Source: Somniosus microcephalus (taxonomy: Eukaryota). Taken from it: a stretch of DNA of 64,000 bases. Shown in pieces: positions 47,010-57,955 of the stretch. Position 1 is the stretch's first letter. The number at the start of each line of letters is the position of its first letter. The position numbers were made by a program, and so were the translations under genes. The notes beneath the pieces were generated by a model, which saw nothing but the letters and a program-made list of their open reading frames with translations, was not told where the DNA came from and did not search any database. The DNA lies in assembly GCA_052327205.1 (NCBI GenBank), contig CM126207.1:102238001-102302000 (forward strand), written 5' to 3'.

Positions 47010-47550
47010 TACCTCTGAATCAGAAGGTTATAGGTTCATTCACACTCCAGAGACTTGAGTACAAAATCTAGGTCGACACTCCAATACAGTAAAAAGAAAG
47101 ACTTGAATTTATATAGCGCTTTTCACAACCCCAGTATGTCCCAAAGTGTTTTATAGCCAATTAAGTACTTTCTGAACTGTAGTCACTGTTGTACTGTAGG
47201 AAAGTACTAAGAGAGTGCTGCACTGTCAGAGCTGCCCTCTTTCGGATGAGATGTTAAACCGAGGCTCCGTCTGCTTTCTCAGGCGGACATAAAAGATCCC
47301 ATGGCACTATTTCGATGAAGAGCAGGGGAGTTCTCCCCGGTGGCTTGACAAATATTTATTTCTCAACCAACATCACTAAAATAGATTATCTGGTCATGAT
47401 CACATTGATGTTTGTGGGATCTTGCTGTGCATAAATTGGCTGCCACATTTCCTACATTATAATAATGACTACACTTCCAAAAGTATTTAAATGGCTGTAA
47501 AGCACTTTGGGACATCCTGAGGTCATGAAAAGCACTATATAAATATAAGT
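47010..47550 (+). mobile_element. Deu-domain SINE with an inverted SINE tail nested at ~47093-47205
   Basis: Same family as 13835 and 44600; tail resumes at 50004 after the Harbinger insertion. Confidence 0.8.
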
Positions 47551-50003
47551 GGGGTTAAATTGGTTAGACCCTGAGAATGGGCGGGGGGATCATGATGCCG
47601 ATTAACCAGCGCCTGTTCAGTGGAATGCAGGCAGCATGCCAACTTTGTACAGCCTGCTCATTATAATGATTTCTGTGTGCAGCCAGCACTACCCGCACTG
47701 TTCATTGGCTACACGCATCAGCAGGGAGCCCAATATCATTACTGCCTAGCACTACTTAAAGCTAGCCTGCACCTCTTAAAGGGAAGGTACATTGTGGCTG
47801 CTGCATGTGCTGAGATCATTGGGAATAGTGTGCTGTGCAACAATCAATGGCTGACCATGGGATAGAGTGGGCACCAAGGGTTTCGGATGCTGCACTGGAC
47901 ATCATGGTGGAAGAGGTGGAACAGAGGAGAGATGTCCTGTACCCTCAGCTTAGCCGGAGGGCCTTCAGACACATGTTCAGAAGGCAGGACAAGAGACAGC
48001 AGAGGAGGTCAATACCAGGAGTATAGCTCCAAGCACATGGATGCAGTGCAGGAGGATGTTTAATGATCTCACACGTGTGATCATAGTTAGTGAATGCATC
48101 TTCAAATGCCGTCTTCTACCAACTGCACCACCAGCCTCAGCCACTGCTCAATTCACCCCACCCTGATCACTCACCTACCAGCAATCTCTATCAATCAGGA
48201 CTCATACCTAACATTCATATACTTCACCTCACCCTCACACACTTAGCACTGTTGCAAGCCTCAAACCCACATCTCACAGCTTGCACACACTGCCAGGTAT
48301 TCAATCATGACAGCCACATCACCCACACATACTGCCTGACACTCACTGACACACTTCCCTCTCAAATACAGGAGAGGGTGGTGCACAACCGGTGGCAGCA
48401 AGAACTAAAAGGAGGGGGAGAAGCACACCTGCATGTTCTTACGGCCATGGTGGAGATGGTGCTGGTCATTGCTGAGGCCGTGGCCACCAGCGGGGCTGAA
48501 GTCATTGAAGATGAGGGTATCTGCATACCTAATCCTCCTTCTCTCATCCCACTTCTCCCTCATCCCACAATCTCTTCTGACAGAGAAGCTGCTGATAGTG
48601 TAAGCATGCACTTCTTACTTTCTCCTCTCCCCTTACCACAAACCTACCCTTGTCCCTTTTTCCTTTCAGTTACTCAAGAACTACAACCTGCCCAGGCAGT
48701 GGAGGAAGAACAAGAAGACAGTGAAGTTGAAGACACACCGTCACTCGATTTCACAGTTGCAGCCATCAGTTCAGATACTGACATTCCGTGTAATTTAGAG
48801 GCTAGCATAGAGGTGGGATTTGCACATGGTGAGACACTGAGCACAAATGCACTGTAGCTAGGGCGGGGGGAAAGGATAGTGCAGGTACCAGCTTGTCATA
48901 GGGCGAGGTCGCACACTAGTTCTGCTACAGAGCACTCAGATGATGACTTTGATGGGCCAGACTACAGAAGAAAGCTGATGGGTGTACACACCCAAATGCT
49001 TGGCGCACTGGAAAGCCAGCCAGAAAGCCTGCGTTCAGTGTCAAGGGGCATGGAGGAGTCCGGTACGAACTTGGCACAAGGCTTTGCGCAAAGTTTGGAG
49101 TTCATCCTTTCCAACATGGAATGGATGGATACCTCTAGCAGCACACCTGTGAAACCCACCATGATGCAGCGTCTGGTAGCTGACGTCTCAGCTTCCATTG
49201 CAGTGCAAGCAGCATCCTCTCAATGCCTGAGGGCTACAGTGGAAGCTCAGACTGCTCTCATCATGGCTCTGGATACCAGTGTGCAAAAGAACTTCCAGGG
49301 CATCACAGCACTCCAGCAATCTGACCTCCAACAGATCTGCTCCCTACAGACCCTCTGCGGATATGGCCTCCTGCTGAGAGCCCTTCTCCCCCTCCTCCTC
49401 CCTCTTCCAGCAGCTCTATGTGACCTCTGCTCATTCTCCCAGTCATGTTCAATGCCAAGAGGAAGGCCTATGAGTCCACCCATGTGTTGTAGCAACTTGT
49501 CTGTGTAGAAGCCTTTAAATGAGCAAAGAAGTACTTCAGCACCTGCCACTCCGCTCCCTGTACACTATTGAAACTTTAACCAACTATAGAAAGCACCCGA
49601 AACTCGTAGAAGTGCAGCAGCAGCCAGCAGCCAGCAGAAGTAAACCAGCAACTAACCTGTAAGTAGTTGATGATCCCTTTAAAAAGCGCTGGTAGGGGGT
49701 CCTTCATGCTGCTTAATGTCATGTTCAGCTGTGCGAGGTTAACAGAGGGCATTGGCTGGAGTGTGGAGCTCCAAAATGGCAGTGCTGGTATCAAATCAGC
49801 ATTGCGTGCTGATTGACATAATGATCTGCCTGCTCTGCATGCTGCCGGTGGACGTTAGGTACACGTGCACTAACCCCTTTACAAATATGGCGTCTGGCGT
49901 ACTTCCCATCGGAAATGTGCCCGCACTCCATGGATGCCATTTTGGAAGCTTGAGGGGCGTCTAGCTCCCAAAAAATGGGCGCTACTAAGGCCAACTTCAC
50001 CCC
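47551..50003 (+). mobile_element. PIF/Harbinger element retaining the Myb/SANT accessory gene but no detectable transposase
   Basis: TIRs GGGGTTAAATTGG / CCAACTTCACCCC; AAGT on both flanks; MADHG..APRVSDAALDIMVEEVEQRRDVL...TWMQCRRMFNDL; acidic and helical downstream segments. Confidence 0.85.
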
Positions 50004-51239
50004 AAGTCCTTTCTTTTTTTTCTTTCATTTCTCAGGGTCACCAGAATGAAATTGCATTTTTGTTAGCTTTCAGGTAGAACTGAATCCAAATTGCATCAAG
50101 AAGAAGAAAGATTCCAGCTGTGTATATAAAAGTGTTGCAGCCACAATGATACCAGCTGGTGATGGAGGGTCTTACTCTTTCAGGAAGGTCCACTCATGGC
50201 TGTTTTCATCTCAGAACATCAAAAATGTTAATCGACAGTATTTCAGCAAAGCATAACTTGTTTAGTCTTCTTTCTGGAGTGATGCAACAACAAAGTCGAG
50301 GATTAACTGCTAACATTTCCAAATTCTTTATCAATTTGACTTTTGCTGGACACCTTGACCTCACCTGTACTCTCTGGTCAGTTATCAATAATATCACAGA
50401 TTTTTAATTTTGGTTCAGTAATAATTCATGTGGTTGCTGATTGCGTAGTTCAGGCATAAAGTTTCATGTTCTTCAAATGACAAACACGCTGACACACGAA
50501 CACCACCACATGGAACACAGCAGGCGATCTTAGATGTGAAATGGATACGAAGTGAATAAAATTTTGTTATTTTTCACTTGTCAAAATGGATCCAGTATGT
50601 AATGGAGTGAACAGTCATGGCACTTGGTGATACACAACAGATCTGTGAAGTAAATTGCCAGTGACTGAATGAAAATAATTTGTGTCAAATATTTCAATAG
50701 CATATTTTACACAAGAGCTTTATTTTCTGGGGTAATTCAACTGGCTACAGCTTGAGTAACTTTTTACATTAAGGATTTACTTTTTGTTTGATATCGATAC
50801 CTGTAGGACAACGTTACAACTGCTGTCAGCCTATATCCGAACAATTCTTTGACTTAACCAGTGTGTGCTGAAAGGAAAGTTTCACTGCTGATTATGAAGC
50901 TCCGTTTTGACACAATAATTTTGAAAATGGAAATCTTCCTGCATATACGAAGACTATTTTTAAAATCAACTGGGGTTTTCTGTGGTGAGTGGGGCTATTT
51001 AAAAAATGAATATTGCACACAGGTTCCACTATACACTCGCCAAATAAGTATTTATAAAAGAAAGGTCTTTATCGTACAACACTGAACAAATATACTGCAG
51101 TTCACTATATTATAGTTTCATCATTTTCAACTAATGTACTGACTGAATCAATTAGGAATGTCTGCAGTTAGGAGAACTTGGGAATATTATCATGTTACAC
51201 AAGTCAAAGGTTTAACGAACTGCTGGAATTGAAAACAAT

Positions 51240-52002
51240 GGCCCAGAAATTCGGGTCTCCTAGGGTGAGTATGCACGGGGTACTCACCCGTAGGCCCAAC
51301 GGAAGTGCCGGTTTCATGCATGCACTGCGCATGCACGGGAAACCAGAACTTCTGTTCCCTTAAAGGAAGGGGTTCAGAGGTTGAATGCGTATGCCAGAGA
51401 GGCAGCGCGTGCGCATGGAACTTAAGTTTTTTTTGCAGGTTTCTCCGGGAGGATAAGTGTCCAGGAGCTACACATGTAAAAAGCAGGCGCAAGGTCTGCT
51501 TTTAACAAGGTAAGTGGTGAATTAATTAAAATTAAAACATTTTTTCCACAGGTTTATTATTTTTAAATACTTTAAAGAAAGGTAAATTTATTTTTAGCCC
51601 CGTTAGAAACTGTAATTAATTTTTTCAGAAATTTAAATTATTGTTTAAAATAGTTATTTTATGTAATTTATAGTTCTTTTAAAAATGTGATTCTTAAAAA
51701 AATTTATTTGAAGTTTTAGTGATGTTTTGGGACTTATAGTATTTATAAGTTTTGACAGCTCTTCCTGTCAATTTTATGAATGGGCATTTCCCTGCTACCA
51801 TTGGCTCTCCATGACCCACATGATCCCAGGGGACGCTTCAAACTAATTGCGCCCTGGGATACGCAAGCACTGCGCGCCGGCAGTTGGAGCAGGCCCAGTA
51901 TCGGAATCCCATGTGGGCCCACAGCTCAACGGCCGGTGTGCTAGGTAAGTGCAGGTCGGGGGCTTGCACCTGCGGGAAGCCTCCAACCCGAATTTCTGGG
52001 CC
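51240..52002 (+). mobile_element. Harbinger-type MITE (family M), complete
   Basis: TIR GGCCCAGAAATTCGGGT at both ends; TSD AAT. Confidence 0.92.
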
Positions 52003-52063
52003 AATGCTGGTGTTTACAATATGCCACGGTTTGCAGACTGCCAATCCTGGTATTTGTTTCAGT

Positions 52064-52473
52064 GGCCCAGAAATTCGGGTCCCAACGCATGAGTACGCAT
52101 GGGGTACTCATGCGTGGACCCGATGGAAGTGCCGGTTTCTTGCATGCACTGCGCATGCACGGGAAACCGGCACTTCCGTTCCTCTGAACGAAGGGGTTCA
52201 GAGGTCGAACGCGTGCGCGCGGTAGTCTGCGCGTGCGATTTGAACTTACGTTTTTTTTTCCAGGTTTTTCCGTGAGGGTAAGTCTTTAGATATTAGAAAT
52301 GTAAAAACCAGGCATAAGGCCTGCAATTTAAAAGGTAAGTGGTCAATTAATTAAAATTAAAACATTTTTTCCACAAGTTTATTATTTTTAAATACTTTAA
52401 AGCAAGGTAAGTTTATTTTTTTCAAAAATTTAAATTATTGTTTAAAATAGTTATTTAATGTAATTTATAGTTT
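52064..52473 (+). mobile_element. Family-M MITE, left half, cut by a Helitron-like end
   Basis: Left TIR present and colinear with the 51240 copy until ~52473. Confidence 0.88.
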
Positions 52474-52584
52474 ACTAACTGGAGTGCTCAGCGGTGCCGA
52501 GGGTTTTTTGAGGGTATATTGTTCTGAAAAAAGTAGAAATAATTTTTATATATATAAAAGAGTTTGTCTGTCTGTCTGTCTGTG

Positions 52585-53995
52585 TGGGAAGGAGAGAGAG
52601 AGAGAGGGAAAGAGAGAGAGAGAGACTGGGGGGGAGAGAGAGAGAGACTGGGGGGAGAAGAGAGAGATGGGGGGAAGAGAGAGAGAGAGAGCGAGATGGG
52701 GGAAGAGAGAGAGAGAGAGAGACTGGGGGGGAGAAGAGAGAGACGGGGGGGAAGAGAGAGAGAGAGGCTGCTGGATTTAGTTCGGGATTAGCCTGGAGAG
52801 AGGGGGGGGGGAAGGAGCGCCTCAGGCCTGGCCCGATGGACCCCTGCGAAGGAAAGAAGGAAGGAAGAAGGCGAGCTCTCCCTCCCTCTCCCACCCCCTC
52901 ACTCTTTCCCTCCCTCACCCTCTGTCTCTCCCTCCGCCTGTCTCTCAATTCAAATTCAAATTCAAATCGCTTTATTGGCATGATAAGGTACATCTTATGT
53001 TGCCAAAGCTTTACTGCTTTACTCTCTCTCACTCCCTCCCCTCTCCTCTCCCTCCCTCCCCCTCTCCTCTCCCTCCCTCCCCCTCTCCTCTCCTCTCCCT
53101 CCCTCCCCCTCTCCTCTCCCTCCCTCCCCCTCTCCTCACCCTCCCTCCCCTCTCCTCTCCCTCCCTCCCCCCCTCTCCTCAGCCTCCCTCCCCCTCTCCT
53201 CACCATCCCTCCCCCTCTCCTCTCCCTCCCTCCCCCTCTCCTCTCCCTCCCTCCCCCTCACCTCTCCCTCCCTCCCCCTCGCTCTCCCTCCCTCCCCCTC
53301 TCTCTCCCTCCCAGCTCTCTCTCCCTCCCCGTCCCTGCTTTACTCTCTCTCCCTCCCTCCCCTCTCCCTTTCTCCTCCCCCTCTCCTCTCCCTCCCTCCC
53401 TCCTCTCCCTCCCTCCCCCTCTCCTCCCCCTCCCCCTCCCCCACTCTCCCTCCCCCTCTCCTCTCCCTCTCCCCCCCCTCCTCTCCCTCCCCCCTCTCCT
53501 CTCCCTCCCTCCCCCCTCTCCTCTCCCTCCCCCCTCTCCTCTCCCTCCCTCCCCCCTCTCCTCTCCCTCCCCCTCTCCTCTCCCTCCCTCCCCCCTCTCC
53601 TCTCCCTCCCCCTCGTCCTCTCCCTCCCTTCCCCCCTCTCCACTCCCTCCCTCCCCCCTCCTCTCCCTCCCTCCCCCCTCTCCTCTCCCTCCCTCCCCCT
53701 CTCCTCTCCCTCCCCTCCCCCTCTCCTCTCCCTCCCTCCCCCCTCTCATCTCCCTCCCTCCCCCCTCCTCTCCCCCCTCCTCTCCCTCACCCACCCCTCT
53801 ACCCCCCTCTCCTCTCCTCTCCCTCCCCCTCCTCTCCCTCCACCCTCTCCTCTCCCTCCCCCCCTCCTCTCCCTCCCCCCTCCTCTCCCTCCTCTCCCCC
53901 CTCTCCTCTCCCTCCCCCGTCTCTCCTCTCCCTCCCCCTGTGTCTCCCTGATTTCCTCTCTCTCTCCCTCCCTCCCCCTCTCTCTCTCCCTTTCC
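52585..53995. repeat. Polypurine/polypyrimidine low-complexity tract
   Basis: (GA)/G-runs at 52585-52815, then ~1 kb of CCCTCT-type units. Confidence 0.95.
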
Positions 53996-53999
53996 TCAG

Positions 54000-54246
54000 A
54001 GCCCGGATTGTGGTGACCCGAAGCCCACGTGTGCGGATCAGCACCTCAGGGCTGGCCCGTGCATGGCCTAGCGCGTGAGGCCCGGCCCGACTCACCGTAG
54101 CTCAGGTTCTGCTCCGGGCCATCGCCGCCGTTCACGCGCTCACTGTCTCCCGCCCCGCCAGCCTTTACCAAGATGGCGGCGATGGCTACGATCGGCTCAG
54201 CCCCCACCAGCCTTTACCAAGATGGCGGCAATCGTGGGCCGTTGGT
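54000..54246 (-). promoter_or_regulatory. CpG-rich promoter-like segment with two YY1 motifs and a 5' splice site
   Basis: GCCGCCATCTTG twice, 49 nt apart; ACG|GTGAGT donor at 54096/54095. Confidence 0.5.
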
Positions 54247-54746
54247 NNNNNNNNNNNNNNNNNNNNNNNNNNNNNNNNNNNNNNNNNNNNNNNNNNNNNN
54301 NNNNNNNNNNNNNNNNNNNNNNNNNNNNNNNNNNNNNNNNNNNNNNNNNNNNNNNNNNNNNNNNNNNNNNNNNNNNNNNNNNNNNNNNNNNNNNNNNNNN
54401 NNNNNNNNNNNNNNNNNNNNNNNNNNNNNNNNNNNNNNNNNNNNNNNNNNNNNNNNNNNNNNNNNNNNNNNNNNNNNNNNNNNNNNNNNNNNNNNNNNNN
54501 NNNNNNNNNNNNNNNNNNNNNNNNNNNNNNNNNNNNNNNNNNNNNNNNNNNNNNNNNNNNNNNNNNNNNNNNNNNNNNNNNNNNNNNNNNNNNNNNNNNN
54601 NNNNNNNNNNNNNNNNNNNNNNNNNNNNNNNNNNNNNNNNNNNNNNNNNNNNNNNNNNNNNNNNNNNNNNNNNNNNNNNNNNNNNNNNNNNNNNNNNNNN
54701 NNNNNNNNNNNNNNNNNNNNNNNNNNNNNNNNNNNNNNNNNNNNNN
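54247..54746. other. Assembly gap (500 N)
   Basis: Run of N. Confidence 1.
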
Positions 54747-54977
54747 TAGGAATTTGGGTAAATGGTATCATCCTGATAGTCCCGCCTCCTTTACTGGTGT
54801 CTGCCGAGAAGTGGGCTGCTGCAAGAAGTGCCTGCCCCCATTTATGGCGGAGGTTTAAACAGAACCAAAATGGGGCACAAGCTGGACAGAACCTGGTCTC
54901 ATTCCCAATATCTGCCCATGTTAAAATGCACTCAGAATTCAGGACTAGTTAGCAAGGTACTTAGGAATGTCCCTGTT

Positions 54978-55555
54978 CATAGAACCATACAGCACAGAAG
55001 GAGTCCACGTGGCTCACCGTGCCTGTGCCGGTTCTCTGAAAGAGCTATCAATTAGGCCTACTCCCTTACTCTTTCCCCATAACCCTGCAAATTTTTCCTT
55101 TTTAAGTAGAGATCCAGTTCCCTTTTGAAAGTTACTATTGAATCTGCTTCCACCGCCCTTTTAGGCAATGCATTGCAGATCATCACAACCAGCTGAGTAA
55201 TAGAATTTCTCCTCATTCTCCCCATGGCTTTTTTGCCAATTATTTTAAATCTGTGTTCTCTGGTTACCGACCCTCCCGCCAGTGGAAACAGTTTCTCCCT
55301 ATCTACTCTTTCAAAACCCCTCATCATTTTGAACACCTCTATTGAATCTCCCCTTAACCTTCTCTGCTCTGAGGAGGACAGTCCCAACTTCTCTAGTCTT
55401 TCCACATAACTGAAATCTCTCATCCCTGCTACCATTCTAGAAAGTATCTTCTGCAGCCTCTCCAAGGCCTTGACATCCTTCCTAGAGTGTGGTGCCCAGA
55501 ACTGGGCACGATACTCCAGTTGAGGCCGAACCAGTGTTTTAGAAAGGTTTAGCTG
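54978..55555 (-). mobile_element. CR1 3' fragment
   Basis: ORF 55058-55465 (YVERLEKLGL...RRLRGD). Confidence 0.88.
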
Positions 55556-55919
55556 ACTTTTGAAGACAACAGAATGAATTCATAATTATGTCACATGGAC
55601 ATTCAGCACTCTCCCTTTCTCATGAGTAAACAAGTTAAAAAAAAATACTCCCCGATCGATTACCAAAAAATGAACTACTCAGTCATGTCTGACCACATCA
55701 CCCACAACCCTCAGGGAGAGTACATTATTGCAGCCCAATGTCATAGTGGTTTATATTTCTCTAGACCACCCCTGTGGAAGGGTTGGTTTGATGTGGTTAC
55801 CTTTTGAGATGTTAAACAAAAATACTTTGGATGAAATAGTTGTGTCTTTTAGTTAAAATATGATGGCACTCAGTCTTATAGTTCGGGCGCTCCCAGTCCA
55901 GGCCCTGTTGCAATGGAGC

Positions 55920-56815
55920 AGGCTCAATTTTAATATTCTCATCCTTGTTTTCAAATCCCTCCATGGCCTCACCCCTCTCTATCTCTGTAATCTCCTCCAG
56001 CCCCACAATCCTCCGAGATATCTAATTCTCGCCTCTTGAGCATCCCCAATTTTAATCACATCACCATTGGTGGTCGTGCCTTCAGCTGCCTAGGCCCTAA
56101 ACTCTGGAATTCCCTCCCTAAAATTCTCCGCTTCTCTACCTCTCCTTTCTTCTTTAAGACGCTCCTTAAAACCTACCTCTTTGACCAAGCTTTTGGTCAT
56201 TTGACCTAATTTCTTCTTATGTGTCTCGGTGTCAAATTGTGTTTTATAACGTTCCTGTGAAGCACCTTAGAACGTTTTACTATGTTAAAGGTGCTATATA
56301 AATACAAGTTGTTGTTCTTGTTGTTATCCAGAATGTGCGCACATTCTTAGACTTTACACATTGTTCAAACTTTAATTGTAACAAGCTGACACAACGTGGG
56401 ACAGTAAAAGGGACAGAATGTGGTGGACAGAAGGGAATTAATTAACAGGAATGTGAGATGAGCAGGGATATACACAACAATTAACATTTATATAACAACT
56501 CTGTAGTAAAATGTCCCAAGGTGCTTCACAGAACCATGGTCAGAAAAAAATTGACACCAAGCCAAAGAAGGAGACATTAGGACAAAAGCTTGGTCAAATA
56601 GGTTGTAAGGAGTGTCTTAAGGGAGGAGAGAGAGATGGAGAGGCAGAGTGGGTTAGGTAGGGAGTCCCAGAGCTTAGGGCCTCCACGGCTGAAGGCACGG
56701 CCACCAATGTTGGGACAAAAGAAGTGGGGGGTGTGCAAGAGGCCAGAGTTGGAGGAACGCTGAATTATTGGAGGGTTGGAGGGTTGGTGGAGGTTCCAGA
56801 GATAGGAAGGGGCCA
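55920..56815. mobile_element. Two tail-to-tail L2 3' fragments (55920-56325 +, 56475-56815 -)
   Basis: GGRAFS...PKLWNSLP motifs and (TTG)n/(CAA)n tails. Confidence 0.82.
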
Positions 56816-56829
56816 ATTTATATTTATAG

Positions 56830-57198
56830 ACATCCATGTGGATCAGGTACCAAATTGAAACTGGGCTATCTGGATTGTTTTGTAATAGCAGAAGTAGGCC
56901 AGATTTAAACCTGGCCTACATGTACAACATTGGTGGTATCAGAGGTTATAAGGCTAATTGATGTGGGAACTGAAAATGTCACATGGTGCAATTGAGGGGG
57001 AGGGGATGATCACCTGAGGTTGGGGTTAAGTTACATTGCTCGATGAGAGTGGAGAGAGTTTCACCTTTTATCTAACCTATGCTGTACCTGACCTAAGAAT
57101 GCTTGATGTTGACACCGGCTGTTCAAAGTGGAAAATATTCCAATTCCCAGACCTGACATCCATCAACTTGATGAGCACAGAGTGGACCAAAAAAAAAA
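56830..57198 (+). mobile_element. LF-SINE-like element
   Basis: GGTTGGGGTT..G.TACATTG...TGCTGTACCTG...TGAGCAC plus an A-tail resembles the recalled LF-SINE 3' end. Confidence 0.45.
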
Positions 57199-57485
57199 GC
57201 GTCAATAAATTAAATGCCCCAGTCTACATGTATTGTATTATATTTCTTAAAAGACACAAGCCCAGCCAAATCTGAACTGAGTCAAAATTCAGGTTTGTTT
57301 CTAAATATATCCAAAATGGTTTAGCTCAGATCGTAAAGGTATGTTAGGAGCTCACTTGGATTTTAAACCATAGGTTGTGTGAGCGCTCTGTCCTTCAACC
57401 TCACAAAGACCAACACAAGCAAGTGCAACAGCTTGAACGCTATTATATTAAAGGGACAGCATGGTTCTGTTTGATTTACCACGCA

Positions 57486-57897
57486 TACAAGACTCCCAAA
57501 ACAAGTGCTTTACTCAGAGCTCCGACACGGCAAGAGAGCCCCAGGTGGGCAGAGGAAACGCTTCAAGGACACCCTCAAAGCCTCCTTGAAAAAGTGCAAC
57601 ATCCCCACCGACACCTGGGAATTCCTGGCCCAAGACTGCACAAAGTGGAGGAGAAGCATCTGGGAAGGCGCCGAACACCTCAAGTCTCTTCGCCGGGAGC
57701 AAGCGGAAGCCAAGCGCAAACAATGGAAGGAGCGCACGTCAACCCAAGCACCCCACCCACCTGCCCCTTCAACCACCGTCTGCTGCATCTGTGACAGAGA
57801 CTGTAGGTCCCACATTGGACTCATCAGTCACCTGAAAACTCATTTTTAGTGTGGAACCAAGTCATCCTCTGTTACGAGGGACTGCCTAAGAAGAAGA
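57486..57897 (+). mobile_element. RTE (BovB-like) LINE 3' fragment
   Basis: LYSELRHGKRAPGGQRKRFKDTLK, C-terminal C2H2 finger (CICDRDCRSHIGLISHLKTH) and an (AAG)n tail. Confidence 0.9.
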
Positions 57898-57955
57898 ATT
57901 GGTATGGAAGCACAATGATGCTACATTTGAAAAACAAAACTATTAACAACAGAAA

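Larger units (their letters stand above)
52475..54246 (-). mobile_element. Probable non-autonomous Helitron(s) with expanded GA/CT tracts
   Basis: Minus-strand hairpin CTCGGCACCGCTGAG followed by CCAGTTAG end; plus-strand TATATATATAAAA-(TCTG)n head at ~52545; 20-mer shared with the 58 kb Helitron. Confidence 0.55.

Noticed and set aside
52475-54095. Long Pro/Ser/Leu-rich and Gly/Glu/Arg-rich ORFs (455 aa, 339 aa and others)
   Set aside because: Stop-free by-products of the GA/CT low-complexity tract.
54096-54246. Signal-peptide-like frame IVAIAAILVKAGGAGDSERVNGGDGPEQNLSY
   Set aside because: It has no ATG and an upstream in-frame stop, the hydrophobic part is just the YY1 repeat, and the next candidate exon closes the frame. 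It would need a sequencing error to be coding.
54075-54952. ORFs spanning 54.1-54.9 kb
   Set aside because: They read through the N gap.
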